The notes under the pieces were generated by a model. It ran no database searches, was not told the origin of the DNA, and worked only from the letters and a program-made list of their open reading frames with translations. Made by a program: the position numbers and the translations under genes. A stretch of 64,000 bases of DNA from Octopus bimaculoides (Eukaryota), in assembly GCF_001194135.2 (NCBI RefSeq), contig NC_068984.1, positions 19,399,770 through 19,463,769 of the forward strand, written 5' to 3'. Position 1 is the stretch's first letter; the number at the start of each line of letters is the position of its first letter. Below are positions 14,540-27,348 of this stretch, one piece after another.

Positions 14540-14868
14540 GCAAAAGAATAAAGATGACGATGATAATGATGATGATGGTGGTTGTGGTGGTGGTGGTGGT
14601 GATGATGGTTGTAGTGATGATGATAATAATGGCGTTAAAGTAATGATAATGATGGTGGTGTAGGTGATGGCAATGATGACGATGGTAGTTGTGGCGGTGA
14701 TGATGATGATGGTGTTGAAGTGGTGATAATGATGGTGGTGGTAATGATGGTGACAATGACGATAATGATGGTGGTGGTGGTGGTGGTAGTGTTGGTGACA
14801 AAGGTGATGGTGAGGATGACAAAGATGTTGGTCATGATGATGACAATGATATCACTGGTGAAGAAGAA

Positions 14869-14900
<32 letters not shown>

Positions 14901-14915
14901 CGATGACAACGATGA
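14540..14915. repeat. Compound (GAT)/(GGT) trinucleotide tract
   Basis: Directly visible. Source of several spurious His/Met/Val-rich ORFs. Confidence 0.95.
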
Positions 14916-14946
14916 TATAGAATAGAAATAAGATGAGATTACTTAC

Positions 14947-15157
14947 TTTGATATCGTTCACCCTTTTGCTGGCATCACTGACCAGATAGGAAATATTGTT
15001 ATCTTGACTAGAAATATGATTGGACATTTCTTTGAGCCAGGCCAATATACCGTCGACTTGGTTTTTGAATTCTTGAATCGACTGATCATTGGTACTAGTG
15101 GCAAATAGCTGCTTATTGGCTCTTGTGGCCAATTCATCACACTTTTTCTCTGCACAT
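14947..15157 (-). CDS. Spectrin-repeat protein internal exon, phase 2-0
   Basis: Acceptor tctcttgttatctag|A and donor AAA|gtaagt. Encodes CAEKKCDELATRA...ILAWLKEM...RVNDIK. 211 nt. Confidence 0.9.
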
Positions 15158-15430
15158 CTAGATAACAAGAGATTTTTTGAATTATATTTTCAGCAAACTG
15201 ATTGCAGTCAATTTGGTTGGATGGCTTGAAGATAAAATGCTAGCATAGGATGTTTTATAGTGTATTTCATGGTTCAGTGAATTATAGTTCTGAATTGTGT
15301 AACGGTTAATTGTGAATGAGTTTAATCTGTCCAGTATCAATAAGATATGTATGGAAAAGAAAGGAAGTTAGAAAGAAGAGGGGAGAAAAAAGAGTGAAAG
15401 GTGGAGAAAGAGTAAAGGGGAGAGGAGATG

Positions 15431-15553
15431 AATAAGAGAGGGTGAAAGAGAAAAAGCAAGGGAAGAGGAGGAAATGAATAAGAGAGGGTGAAAGAGAAAA
15501 AGCAAGGGAGGAGGAGGAAATGAATAAGAGAGGGTGAAAGAGAAAAGCAAGGA
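15431..15553. repeat. 46-bp purine-rich minisatellite, about 2.7 copies
   Basis: Unit AATAAGAGAGGGTGAAAGAGAAAAAGCAAGGGARGAGGAGGAAATG starting at 15431, 15477 and 15523. Confidence 0.9.
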
Positions 15554-15714
15554 GATAAAAGAAGTTGATTAAATGAGAAAGAGCAAAAGAGTATATAAGC
15601 AGGGTGATATAAAAGAGAGGGGGAAGCATAATGGAAAGAAGTAAATATGAAATAGAGAGAGGGAGTGTGATTAAAAACATGCAAGAATAGAATTTTAAAT
15701 GATGCAAGGGGGGA

Positions 15715-15783
<69 letters not shown>

Positions 15784-15986
15784 AACGAATAAGAATGGAT
15801 GATGAGATATAGAGAAAAATTAAATATAGAAGTAGTTTGTATTTATTTTGCTGGAACGGTGTAACAGTTAAGGATTCAATATGTGACCTGGATACAGCGA
15901 CAGACATTGTGTAATAGGTGATATGAGCCAGTGGGAGGGGTTGTTTGTGAATAAGATTCTTGCGAGCAAAAAGAGACTGTGACATA

Positions 15987-16206
15987 CGAGGGGGTGCTGA
16001 GAAGTTTCTGGCTTTGGGTAAAAGGAAATACAGGAGGATCAGTTAATTATGATTTTATTCAACATATTCCTCTCTCAGATTCACACACTTATTGTAGTGG
16101 TCTTTCAGTTTTTCTAAGCCTTGTAAAAGAACTCAGAAGGTTGGGNNNNNNNNNNTGGGCTTCCAGCCAGGCTTTCCATGATGCCCTTAAAGCCAGCACC
16201 CCTTCG
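15987..16206. mobile_element. Mariner-like MITE
   Basis: TA|CGAGGGGGTGCTG...GGCTTT left end, inverted CG(A)AGGGGTGCTGGCTTT|TA right end with an internal deletion, TA flanks. Confidence 0.7.
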
Positions 16207-16243
16207 TAGAAGAGACAGTTGTTATTTTGTGAGTGATACTCAC

Positions 16244-16362
16244 CTGACTTTGTCATCCACCAGTTGTACATCATGGATGCTGAGCGTTTTAGTGATGGTT
16301 TCCTGTTTAGATTTAATTTGTTTCAGCTTGTTGCTGCTTGACTCAAGTTTATGAGATAGTTT
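16244..16362 (-). CDS. Spectrin-repeat protein internal exon, phase 0-2 (absent from ORF track)
   Basis: Acceptor tttactttgactttgcag|AAA and donor CAG|gtgagt. Encodes KLSHKLESSSNKLKQIKSKQETITKTLSIHDVQLVDDKV(R). 119 nt, supplies the phase 2 needed by the 15157 exon. Confidence 0.88.
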
Positions 16363-17312
16363 CTGCAAAGTCAAAGTAAATAGTAACGTATAATTAATGT
16401 CATAGAAATATCTTTAAAAATATAATAGAAACATTGTAGCAAATATTGTAACACAAGGTAGAGAGCAACAAAGAGAAGACTGTGACATACAAGGGGGTGC
16501 TGAAAAGTTTGCATATTCAGGAAAATAAATTTAAGCACCATTTTGCATACAGGAGCTGGAGAATATTTTTTGAGGCATTTTTTTTGGAAAAAAAGTACAT
16601 TTTATATGCCATCAAACGTGGTATGTTCAATGCTAATATTATTTATGTACACTTCAATTATTAATGATTGTATCTATTTATGTTGTGTGAAAAATTTGAA
16701 AACCAGAAGTGGATATTTAGAATAACAAATATCAATGGAGCAAACTTGATAAGAAAATTATAGTAATTGACAAAATTTCCCTCAGCATATCTTCATGAAA
16801 TTTTATCTCTGAAAATAATACATAAAATGTCTTTGAAGTTGGGCACAACAACAAAGGGTCTGAAACTAGTCTCTTCTTGTGTTTCAGAATCCAACATCTA
16901 TTAATCAACAAATATTAATGTCACCCAGTCTGTATGGCACATGATGAGATCAGGATTTGAAGTAACAACCTAGTTGGTTTGCATCTTTTGTTTCTTATAA
17001 ACTTTCGGTTCCATTATGACACTCAGACACCATTTCTTGAATGGTTAATTATTAAGACCTAAACAGAAAAGGATAAGCAATAAAATTGATCTGTTTCTAT
17101 GACAATGTTACCTTGAAACCAAACTAAATGGTTGAACAACTTCATTATTTGAGTTACAAAGCAATAATACTTGTCAAGCTTAATTTAAATGCTGTATAAT
17201 TATCATCAATTATTGCAGACAAAAGAATGAAATGTAGCTTTAATTATAGTTAATGGCTGATACCATTTAGAGACCTAAGCTTTTATGTTATCACTGAAAT
17301 AATACAGATTGG

Positions 17313-17745
17313 ATACAAATTTCCAATCACTAAGAATTTTCAGACCAAAATAGGTTCCAATCATATTACTTTATAGAAATCAACAATTCACTACACTAAT
17401 AAACATAGTAAATAATACAGGCAAACAATTTTTAGCATCCATTTTAGTCAACCGTATTATCATGCTGACTGTTTGAAATGAAGTTTTATTGCCACAGCTT
17501 ATTAGAAACTTGTGATAATGAAGATATTCTATTGATATGGTTTAGCGATATATTGGGAAAAGTTTCATATACTAACAGGAGTAATAAAGTAAATTAAAAG
17601 TGGTCTTAACCATGGTTTTCCCCCATCTGATTATAGCTCACTCAAATTTTGACTCCATCTCTCTTTTAAACTTGCAAGAAAATCAATTTAAGTCTTACTC
17701 TTCAAAATTCTTACAGCCCACAACAGCTAAACATATCAAACAAAA
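17313..17745 (+). repeat. Copy 1 of local direct duplication
   Basis: Colinear with 19306-19745, roughly 90% identical by eye. Confidence 0.9.
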
Positions 17746-19305
17746 GTCTTGAATAAAAGGAAAACAGAAATAAAATGGAAAATAAAAAGAACAATCTTTC
17801 TTTGTTTTTGCTGTTAGCATTTAGATTCAGATCAGTCCATGATTGAACAGATTTATGATTAAAGCTATTGCAGTTGTGATGATCCTTTCTTTTTGTATAT
17901 CAGGGATTAAGAACTATCTTATTTAATATGACCATCCTTTTTTTTTTTTTTTGATTGATAAGACTGTAAGATATGAGTCAACGAAGGCAGCACGGAGGCT
18001 TCCACCACAAGGTTCAGTTCTTACTGAAGTGTGGTGGAGTGTGTGCTGCACTGAATCTGAGAACTATGCTAGTGAAGTGCAAGATCCTAGCAGAATCCCT
18101 CATGGTGGACAAGTCAAAAGATAGAGGCCAGACTAATATGGATCATCTCTTCTCAGAGATAAAAATGGGTTTGCATAGGGTCAAAACCCCTACCTAGAAA
18201 AGAAGCAAAGTTACAGAAGCATCAAAGACACTTCAAAACCAACAAGACCTGAGAGAGGAAAAGATCCCAGAGTTAAGAACAGTGGTGAAAAGTTGTTGAT
18301 GGCTGATGAGCCACAGGAGGAGAAAGATTTAAGCAAGTAAGTGCTGAGTCTTCTTCATTATTTCTGTAGTAATAGGTTCAGGAACAAGGTGTGTAAGTGT
18401 GGCTCCTAAAACTTTTTTTTGGAGGCAATGAAAATATTTTAAACATTCTTTTGAAAAACTGGGTTTGCACTTACATCTATAGCAGTTGTTGCTTAACCCT
18501 AGCTCAACACTGAGGTTGAGAAGCTGACTGATGAAAAAAATCATTTTTTCCAGTCATGACCATTCCATCATTCCAGCATCATGTCTAATATTGTATTATC
18601 TAATGTATCTTTTCTTGTTTCAAAATGGCAGGGTGAGATTTGAGGGAAATTTGGCTGCTACTTCCAGAATGTGAAAAGATCACATAAAGGCTGCTGGATC
18701 ACGGATTTATTTTTGTAAGTACTTATTTGTGGTACACCATTTGTTTGTTCAGTGTCTTCTCTTCCGCAGTTCATGATGCACTGACAACTTTGAAATGACA
18801 TTAAATACTCGTGTCAATATAAAACAGATTTAAAGCAGAAAGTTGGTAGAATTGGCAGTATACCAGGTAAAATGGTAAGCAGAATTTTGTCTGTGAATTC
18901 AAATAGCCTTTCATCTTTCAGGGTTGATAAAATAATTACCAGTTGAGCACCGAGGTGGGGTGATATAATCGACTTACCCCTACCCCAAAATTATTGCCCT
19001 TGTGCTAAAATTTGAAACCAATATAAGACAGAAGTGGCATTACATAACTGTTGATACACACCCTAAGATCCCAGTAAACAAACTGGTGATATAACCAGGT
19101 TATTGACCCAGAAAAAAAAAGAAAAAAAGAAGAAAAAAACAAGACTCATAAAGAGAAGAAATTATTTTTAAACCATTAAGTTACTGAAACAGTTTTGTCT
19201 TCTTTGCAAAAGTGTTATTACCATATTCTGCAGAACAGAAATATTAGAGGGGATGACAAATGCAGGGAGACTCTCTTACTCTTTTACTGAATCATTACAG
19301 GCTCA

Positions 19306-19745
19306 ATACAAATTTCCCATCACTAAGAATTTTCAGACTAAAATAGGTTCCAATCATATTACTTTATAGAAATCAACAATTCCCTGCACTAAAAAACATA
19401 GTAAATAATACAGGCAAACAATTTTTAGCATCAGTTTTACTACAGCATTTTATCAGGCTGACTGTTTGAGATGAAGTTTTATAGCTGCAGCTTATTAGAA
19501 ACTTGTGATAATGAAGATATTCTATTGGTATAGCTTAGCGATATATTGGGAAAAATTTCATATACTACAGGAGTAATAAAGTAAATTAAAAGTGCTCTTA
19601 ACCATGGTTTTTTCTCATCTGATTATAGCTCACTCAAATTTTGACTTCATCTCTCATTTAAACTTGCAAGAAAATCAATTTAAGTCTTACTCTTCAAAAT
19701 TCCTACTACACACAACTAAATATACTAAACAGGGGTCTTGAATTA
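19306..19745 (+). repeat. Copy 2 of local direct duplication
   Basis: Colinear with 17313-17745, offset about 1993 bp. Confidence 0.9.
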
Positions 19746-19924
19746 AAAAAAAAAGGAAAAACAATTTTTGTTCATAACTGTTTAGATCCAAGTTAATCCT
19801 TACTGAACAGACTAATGATATTGCAGCTGTATTGATTCATTCTTTTTCGTATATTAGAGTGTAACTACCTTATTTGATATGAACATTGAGTTAAGACCAA
19901 TTGTGATTACAAGCTGCTAAAATG

Positions 19925-20292
19925 GGTTTCCACTGAAAGATCTTTGGGATAATGTTACTTGACAGGGTATGTAGCTCACAAACAAAGAGTCTTTCCAGGT
20001 TGAGCTACAACTTCTTCACATCAAGAGGTTACAATTCCAGTACTATGGATATGTGATTAGAATGTCACAAGAAAGGATCACAAAACAAGGTTCTTCAAAT
20101 TGAGCCAACCAACAAGAAACTTAAGGGTAGACCAAGAATGGGCTGATTGGATAATATTCATAGTCTCAGGCTTGGGAATCCAGCAGGAAATTGTAATGTT
20201 TACTTTTGATAAGATCCTATGGGGGAGGTGCCTGAAGACTCTACCCCCCACCCCGAACTTTCCCCAGAGAAAATGGATGGAGTGTCAGTGAA
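19925..20292 (+). mobile_element. Decayed RTE-like LINE 3' end
   Basis: With one frameshift reads RLQFQYYGYVIRMSQERITKQVLQIEPTNKKLKGRPRMG*LDNI, matching the GHVxRM...RxRGRPxxRW C-terminal pattern of RTE-type LINEs. Confidence 0.6.
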
Positions 20293-20623
20293 TTAGGTCA
20301 GCGTTTTGTAATGGATTTGTTGTTTGACTAATTTCTATTTTAATTTTTTTGTGTGTTACATTATTTGAGAAGCAGAATCAACATTTTCATAGCAATCCTT
20401 GTTGACATTATCCATTTCTTTCGTGTGATCCAACACATTTCCTGAATTCTTCTTTGTGATCCTTTATAAATTCTTTATAACTTCTATTTTTCACAGAATC
20501 TCAAAATAAACAATGGTCTAAGGCATTTTTCCAAGTTGGAAATGAGATTCGTTCATTTAGTTTTACTTATTTTTTTCTTTTTTAAATCAAACCATTTCCT
20601 TCTTTTACACAAAAAAACAAAAC

Positions 20624-20664
<41 letters not shown>

Positions 20665-22274
20665 TAATAATAATAATAATAGTAATTTAGCCCTCAATTT
20701 CTGAAGCTATAGCATAAATAATTTTCAGCAAATATGATCTGGGTGGGGACGGGGAGAAATTTCTTTTAAAAACATTAAATTTCATTATATCTATTTTTAT
20801 TATTAGTGATTGGTGGTATCCATATCTTCAACTGATTAAAATTGATGCTTTGAAAGAATGCAGGCTTTACACAGAAACAGGCAAACTGTTTTCTTTTGAT
20901 TATGGTTTTGCTATGCCATTACAATCCCTAGCAATTGCTGAAACAGTTGCTTAGCACCAAATAGTGTTAAGTAGATGAAAGAGAAATGTCCCTCTTCATA
21001 GGGCACTAGTGTATCATAAATAATATTCCAAAAATATATGATACTTATTTCCTTCAGCTAAGTGAACTAAAACATGAAGAATTAAGTGTCCTTAGTGCAT
21101 ATCATAAAATATCTACTTACAACAAGTTTAAACTCATAATTCATGGCTACATGCATTTGGAATTTGATTTTAAAAGCCCTATTTTTCTTTCTTTGCAATT
21201 AAAATTTTTTATTTTAAAATCCATTAATAAAGAATACTAAAATAGAAAAAAAACCTGATTATTTTAAGGTGGGTCAATAAAATAACTTGTTACAAAGAAT
21301 AGATTCAAAACTAAATATTCTAGCTTCATTCCAAAACCACAATTTCAGATTTGAGATTGTAGTAATGATATGCATACATTATTTTCCTCCATCACCATTT
21401 ATAGACACATTTCTATTGTATATTTCTTATTTTTTGCTTCTAATTAAAAAAAAAAATTACAGAATGGAAACTAATTCCCAAAGGGTGAACATGGAAATTA
21501 CATTCAGGAATTCAATTTATTTTATTCATTGTTTCAATTTCCGATCTAATTTTCTATAGCCCAACATGCGTCAAAATGGGGAAGCTAAACATAAAGCTGA
21601 TGGCAGTGAAATTATGCTGCTCTTACCACAACTGCGACTGCTGTTGATTATATCTAATCATCTTAACCAAGTTCCTTTATCTTTAGAATGATTCTCACTA
21701 ATTCTCTCTCCCTTTCATCATATATCCCAAGCAACAGCTGTAATTTTGATGGCCATGGGATCAGGCATGCTAAATGACATGCATACGTGATCCTTCTCTT
21801 TGATTAAAACAAATCCCCCAGCTGGAACTAAAATGGTTTCTGAAATTTTATCATCTAGCCACTTGCAACCATCTTCCATCTTTATAAATTAGCAATGATG
21901 AGCAAAACTAAAACTGATTTATTCTTTTAATGTTTATTCTTAAATATTTAATAAAACCCCCTTAACTTCCCTACACAATCTGCCCTATCACATTTTCAAC
22001 TGTATCCCTCAATTTGTTTCAACGTTGCCATTAATCCCTTCTTTCTTCCTTGCCATCCATCCCCATCCTCTCCTCTTACCCTCCTTTATCTCTCTGTCCA
22101 GAATAATTGGACACTCTCTCTTCTGTTCTCCCTCAGTTATAAGAAGGGTCCATTTAGGCCCTTAGCCTTGCAATATTACAAGGTGATCATCACTAGTGCT
22201 GGTGCTATAAAAAGAAAGCACCCAGTACTTTCTGTAAAATGGTTGGTGTTCAGCCTTATGTAATGTATCAAAGT

Positions 22275-22663
22275 CGGAGGTGCAATGACCCAGTGGTTAG
22301 GGAAGCGGACTCACGGTCATAGGATCGCGGTTTCAATTCCCAGACCGAGTGTTGTGAGTGTTTATTGAGCGAAAACACCTGATGCTCCACGAGGCTCCGG
22401 CAGGGGATGGTGGCGAACCCTGATGTACTCTTTCACCACAACTTTCTCTCATTCTTACTTCCTGTTTCTGCTGTACCTGTATTTCAAAGGGCTAGCCTTG
22501 TCACACTGTGTCACGCTGAATATTCCTGAGAACTACGTTAAGGGTGCACATGTCTGTGGAGTGCTCAGCCACTTGCACGTTAATTTCACGAGCAGGCTGT
22601 TCCGTTGATCGGATCGACTGGAACCCTTGACGTCGTAAGCGATGGAGTGCCAACAAACAAATA
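22275..22663 (+). mobile_element. Full-length tRNA-derived SINE (family A)
   Basis: Colinear with the 11419-11805 copy in opposite orientation. TSD TATCAAAGT at 22266-22274 and 22664-22672. Partial or related copies lie near 9020-9340, 12620-12770, 13530-13830 and 33740-33900. Confidence 0.9.
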
Positions 22664-23242
22664 TATCAAAGTGGACACTGGAGTAGAGTACAATGTAGTC
22701 CTCTTACTCTTCAGGACCCACCAAGCCATTGAACCCAAGCCAGCATGGATGGCAGATATTAAATGATGATGATGATGATAGACCAGGGCTTTGATTATTT
22801 TATTCTTCATCATTGCCAGCATCCTCCTCATTATTCTATTTCTGTTTTACCATGTTAGAATTTCACTATTTATTGTGGTCCTTTGTCACGTGGTGCACAC
22901 AACAGAAAAAAATGTCAGTTTTGTTTTAGATTATGTCATGTTTCTTGTCATAGTTTTTGAATAGATAGATGTCCTTCTTATCATCAACCAAGTGGAAACA
23001 TAGACTGGGTTCTAGAAGGATTGTTTGAAACAACTAGGCCCATATGTCAATATCTTTGTGAAGTTGAAGCCTATAAAATTTGAAACATTCCAAACTTTTT
23101 GGACTTCAATCTTACAAAGGGAAATTTGGCTGCTATTTCTAACATCTTGGGCAGCCATGTAAAGGCTCCCTTATTAGCTCTGCCTATAACGTATTTCTGT
23201 GTGGTAGCTGCTCCATCCTACATACAATAGAGATACATTTAA

Positions 23243-23462
23243 CCCTTTAGCATTCAGATTACTCTATCTAATGTAATGCTTATTTATTCATATTTTTTTA
23301 ATTGATCATGCATTATCTTGTAGCTTAAAGATTTCAATGATGTGATTGCTTATTTTTCAGAACAACATTGTAAAATAGGTGTGAGAGGCCAGATTCGGTC
23401 AGTTTGAACATAAAACAAGAAGAACATTTGGACTTGATACAAATTATTTAAATGTTAAAGGG
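23243..23462. mobile_element. piggyBac-like MITE (family P1)
   Basis: TTAA|CCCTTTAGCATT ... AATGTTAAAGGG|TGAA. Reverse orientation relative to the 8727 copy. Confidence 0.75.
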
Positions 23463-23544
23463 TGAAGTTAACAACATACAAACTTGTCTCACATAAGAAA
23501 TGAAACTGTCATATGGTTATAGAAGCAGATCAGCAGCTCATACT

Positions 23545-23952
23545 CTTTACTCTTTTACTTGTTTCAGTCATTTGACTGTGGCCATGCTGGAGCACCGCCT
23601 TTAGTCAAGCAAATCGACCCCAGGGCTTATTCTTTGTAAGCCTAGTACTTATTCTATCGGTCTCTTTTTGCCAAACTGCTAAGTTACGGGGATGTAAACA
23701 CACCAGCATCGGTTGTCAAGTGATGGTGGGGGGACAAACACAGATACACAAACACACATACATACACATATATATATATATATANNNNNNNNNNNNNNNN
23801 NNNNNNNNNNNNNNNNNNNNNNNNNNNNNNNNNNNNNNNNNNNNNNNNNNNNNNNNNNNNNNNNNNNNNNNNNNNNNNNNNNNNNNNNNNNNNNNNNNNN
23901 NNNNNNNNNNNNNNNNNNNNNNNNNNNNNNNNNNNNNNNNNNNNNNNNNNNN

Positions 23953-23983
<31 letters not shown>

Positions 23984-24153
23984 CATATATATACGACGGG
24001 CTTCTTTCAGTTTCCGTCTACCAAATCCACTCACAAGGCTTTGGTTGGCCCAAGGCTATAGTAGAAGACACTTGCCCAAGGTGCCACGCAGTGGGACTGA
24101 ACCCGGAACCATGTGGTTGGTAGGCAAGCTACTTACCACACAGCCACTCCTGA
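23545..24153 (-). mobile_element. SINE family B copy, with assembly gap in its internal (TA)n
   Basis: Reverse complement of the 57684-58082 element. The gap 23785-23952 falls within the microsatellite. Confidence 0.85.
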
Positions 24154-24414
24154 GCATATTTTGAGTATAAAAATACTACAAGTATGTCTTTGTAGGCATG
24201 CAGATACTATTTAATTGAACATGGGTCTGCTTGATGACTTTGAGCTAAACAACGACAACGTTTAGTACACTTAATGAATAAGTTCCAAGCCATCTAGAAA
24301 ATGTTAGCCACACTACAGGAGGTTGACTTATCTCTTAACTGAACCAGACATCAGTTCTAAGAACCACTTAATAGCTATTGGTGGCATTTAACTTTATTTA
24401 ATGTTGGCTTATAT

Positions 24415-24712
24415 TATGGTGGTGGTGGTGGTGGTGGTTGTGAAGGTAGTAGTTGTGGTAGATGTGCTAAGAGATAGTAATGGTTATGATGGTGGTGGTG
24501 GTGGTGGTGGTGACTGGGGTAGTGGTGAAGGCAATGGTGGTGGCGGCAGTGGTGACTGTAATGAGAATGGTAGTGATGGTGGTGATGATAGTGACTGCGA
24601 AGGTAATAGTTGTGGTAGTCATGATGGTGATAGTAATGATTGTAGTAGTGGTGGTGGCGGTGGTGATAAGGGTGGTTGTATTGATAGTATTGCTTATCGT
24701 AATGGTGGTTAA
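24415..24712. repeat. Compound (GGT)/(GAT)/(AGT) trinucleotide tract
   Basis: Directly visible low-complexity sequence. Confidence 0.95.
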
Positions 24713-25125
24713 TATACATGAGCGACACACAAATGCTGAAAGGCAAAAGGTGTACATATAGCTACAGGTATGGCTGTGTAGTTAAGAAGCTTGCTTTGTG
24801 GCCACAAGATTTTGGGTTCAGTTTCACTTGACAGCACCTGGGGCTAGTATCTTCTACAATAACCCCTGGCCAATCAATGCCTTCTGACTGTGCAAGTGAA
24901 TTCAACAGATGGAAACTGTGTGGAAGTCTTGGCATGTAAAAGGCATCCAGCACATTGTGTGAAATGGCTGGCGCTAGGAAGATGGCGTCGGTGGTGGTGG
25001 CGGCAGCGCCACCACCACCAAAACCACAACCACCGCCGCCACCACTACCACCACCACAATCTCACTGATGATCCAATACAACCATCATTTGAAACCACAT
25101 CACATCAATGATTGAAGCTAATTGA

Positions 25126-25159
<34 letters not shown>

Positions 25160-25562
25160 ATGCACATGGATTATTTATTTCGTTTTATGTCCATATCTCC
25201 ATGCGGGCATGGGTTTGATGAATATATTGCTGAGGCATTGTTTTGCAGATAACCATTAATCTACACCAGCCCTGGGGTGCCTTTCTGAATGGCATGTCAA
25301 ACAAAATATGTTTTATGTAGTGTGGACTGCCTGATGATGAACCATGTCTCATGTGGCCCACTTCTTGGAAATGGTTCCTCATGCTTGGTTTACATTGATG
25401 AAGAATTTGTTGTGATTTATTGTTCCATTAGAGTAAAAACAGGGAGTTGAGATACGTTACAAACACACTGAACAACAATGACATTCAGAAGGGTGTGTTA
25501 TTGAGAGGTCTTTTATAAACTGACATGGAAGAAAGAGAGAAAGAAAGGAAAAAAGAAAGTGG

Positions 25563-25565
<3 letters not shown>

Positions 25566-25600
<35 letters not shown>

Positions 25601-25663
25601 GAGGGTGAATAGAGATAGAAAAAGGAAGACTTAGAATTCAGTGTTATTGAGATACCTTCCAAA

Positions 25664-25745
<82 letters not shown>
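25566..25745. repeat. (GA)n microsatellites
   Basis: Two long GA runs. Confidence 0.95.
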
Positions 25746-25749
<4 letters not shown>

Positions 25750-26067
25750 AGGCAGAGTTTATGGATGTGAGACAGAGACAAAGTGACCTTTGCTATGCCT
25801 TATTAGATTTTCTTGGAATGTTACCAGTACTTTGAACAGATAATGACTGAAAGTGTGTTGATCACAATTTCATTGTTGTTGTTGTTGTTGTTACTATTAC
25901 TGTCGTTATTATTATTGTTGCTGTTACTACTATTATTGTTATTAATTTGAAATGATTGAAACAAATTTAAATGTATTGATGTAGTTACAACTACAGATCC
26001 ATTTTTGTCATAGCATAACATATCAGTAAAATGAACTTGTGCGCTCCTCATTATTAATGCTATATAA

Positions 26068-26100
<33 letters not shown>

Positions 26101-26994
26101 AATCATTCGTATGGTTTTACAACCATTTTCCCATGCAAGCATGGGTTGGATGAATATATTACAGAAACATTGTTTTACAGTTGGATGCCCTTCCTATCAC
26201 TAACCCTTAACTGTTTTTTTTTTTAGGTAAGAATTTCAAGTCTTTAAAGGCAAAAAGCCAGTGGATAATTAGTTGACAGAAGAAATGACAACAGTCTTGG
26301 TAATTGACTTTCATAGAACACACTCACACACACACACACACACACACATTTTCATCATGTTGAACACACACATATATTTTCAATCAAGTTGAACCGTTAT
26401 TTCCTACACATTAATTCCAACACATCCATACATTCATTTTCACCATGTTGAAGCATTAAACCCTACACGTTTGTTTTCTCTCTCCGTTTGTTTTTTTTCA
26501 TTCTCTCCCTTTTTTCCCACTTAATCCTTTCTGTTGAAGAGCATAGGCTCAAAACATCAAAGACTTTTCCATTCTTCCCAAGCGTCAAACAAATACACCT
26601 GCTCATTGTTCCATCACCAGTCTTCGTCTTTTTTTGTTTCCAATAAATTTGAACTACATACATGCATACATATATAAATATGTTTATAGGCACAGGTAAG
26701 GAATTTGCTTCACAACCAAATGGATACAACTTCAATCACAGTATGTGGCACATTGTGTAAGTGTCTTCTAATATAACATCCTCCACAATTTATTGTATTG
26801 TATCATCCAAATGTGTTGCATGCAAACTAATAGAGCCCATGTGGAAGTGTTCTGATGTTTCTATTAAAACTTTATTAGTTTGCCAATAGACTCTGCTAAG
26901 TTCTCTTTACTTTTCAGTCTTTTTCTGAATTTTTCAAATTGTAACGATAATTTACGGATAACCCGTGTGTGTGTATGTGGATATATATCTTTCT

Positions 26995-27310
26995 TGTTTA
27001 TTTTTTACTTGTTTCAGTCAATACACCGTGGCCATGCTGGGGCACTGCTTTGAGGAACTTTAGTCAAAACAAATCAACCCCAGTACTTGGGTTGCTTTTT
27101 TAAGCCTGGTACTTATTCTATCAAACATCTTTTGCTGAACTGCCAAGTTAGAGGACATAAACACACCAACACCAGTTGTCAAACTGTGGTGGAGGGACAA
27201 ACAGACACAAACACATACACACACATATGTACATATAAATATATATATATATAATAATATTAGGGACAAAATCCAAAATTACAGGTAAAAAACTCAATTA
27301 AAATCAACTA

Positions 27311-27348
<38 letters not shown>

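Noticed and set aside
14490-14920. His/Thr/Val/Met-rich ORFs here and at 24401-24761 and 59120-59722
   Set aside because: These are translations of trinucleotide microsatellites, open in several frames on both strands.
17645-17673. 29-nt micro-exon (FKREMESKFE) in duplication copy 1
   Set aside because: It had the phase needed for the 15157 exon, but the true phase-2 partner is 16244-16362. The paralogous copy also has an in-frame stop.
21786-21878. Minus-strand exon candidate MEDGCKWLDDKISETILVPAGGFVLIKEKDH
   Set aside because: It has a spectrin-like WL, but the splice sites are weak (aag acceptor, CAC|gtatgc) and the Trp-to-intron spacing is 25 rather than about 30 codons. Not excluded, but unsupported.
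26520-26620. Possible Penelope-like 3' end (CTGTTGAAGAGCATAGGCTCAAAAC)
   Set aside because: Too short and diverged to classify without a library search.
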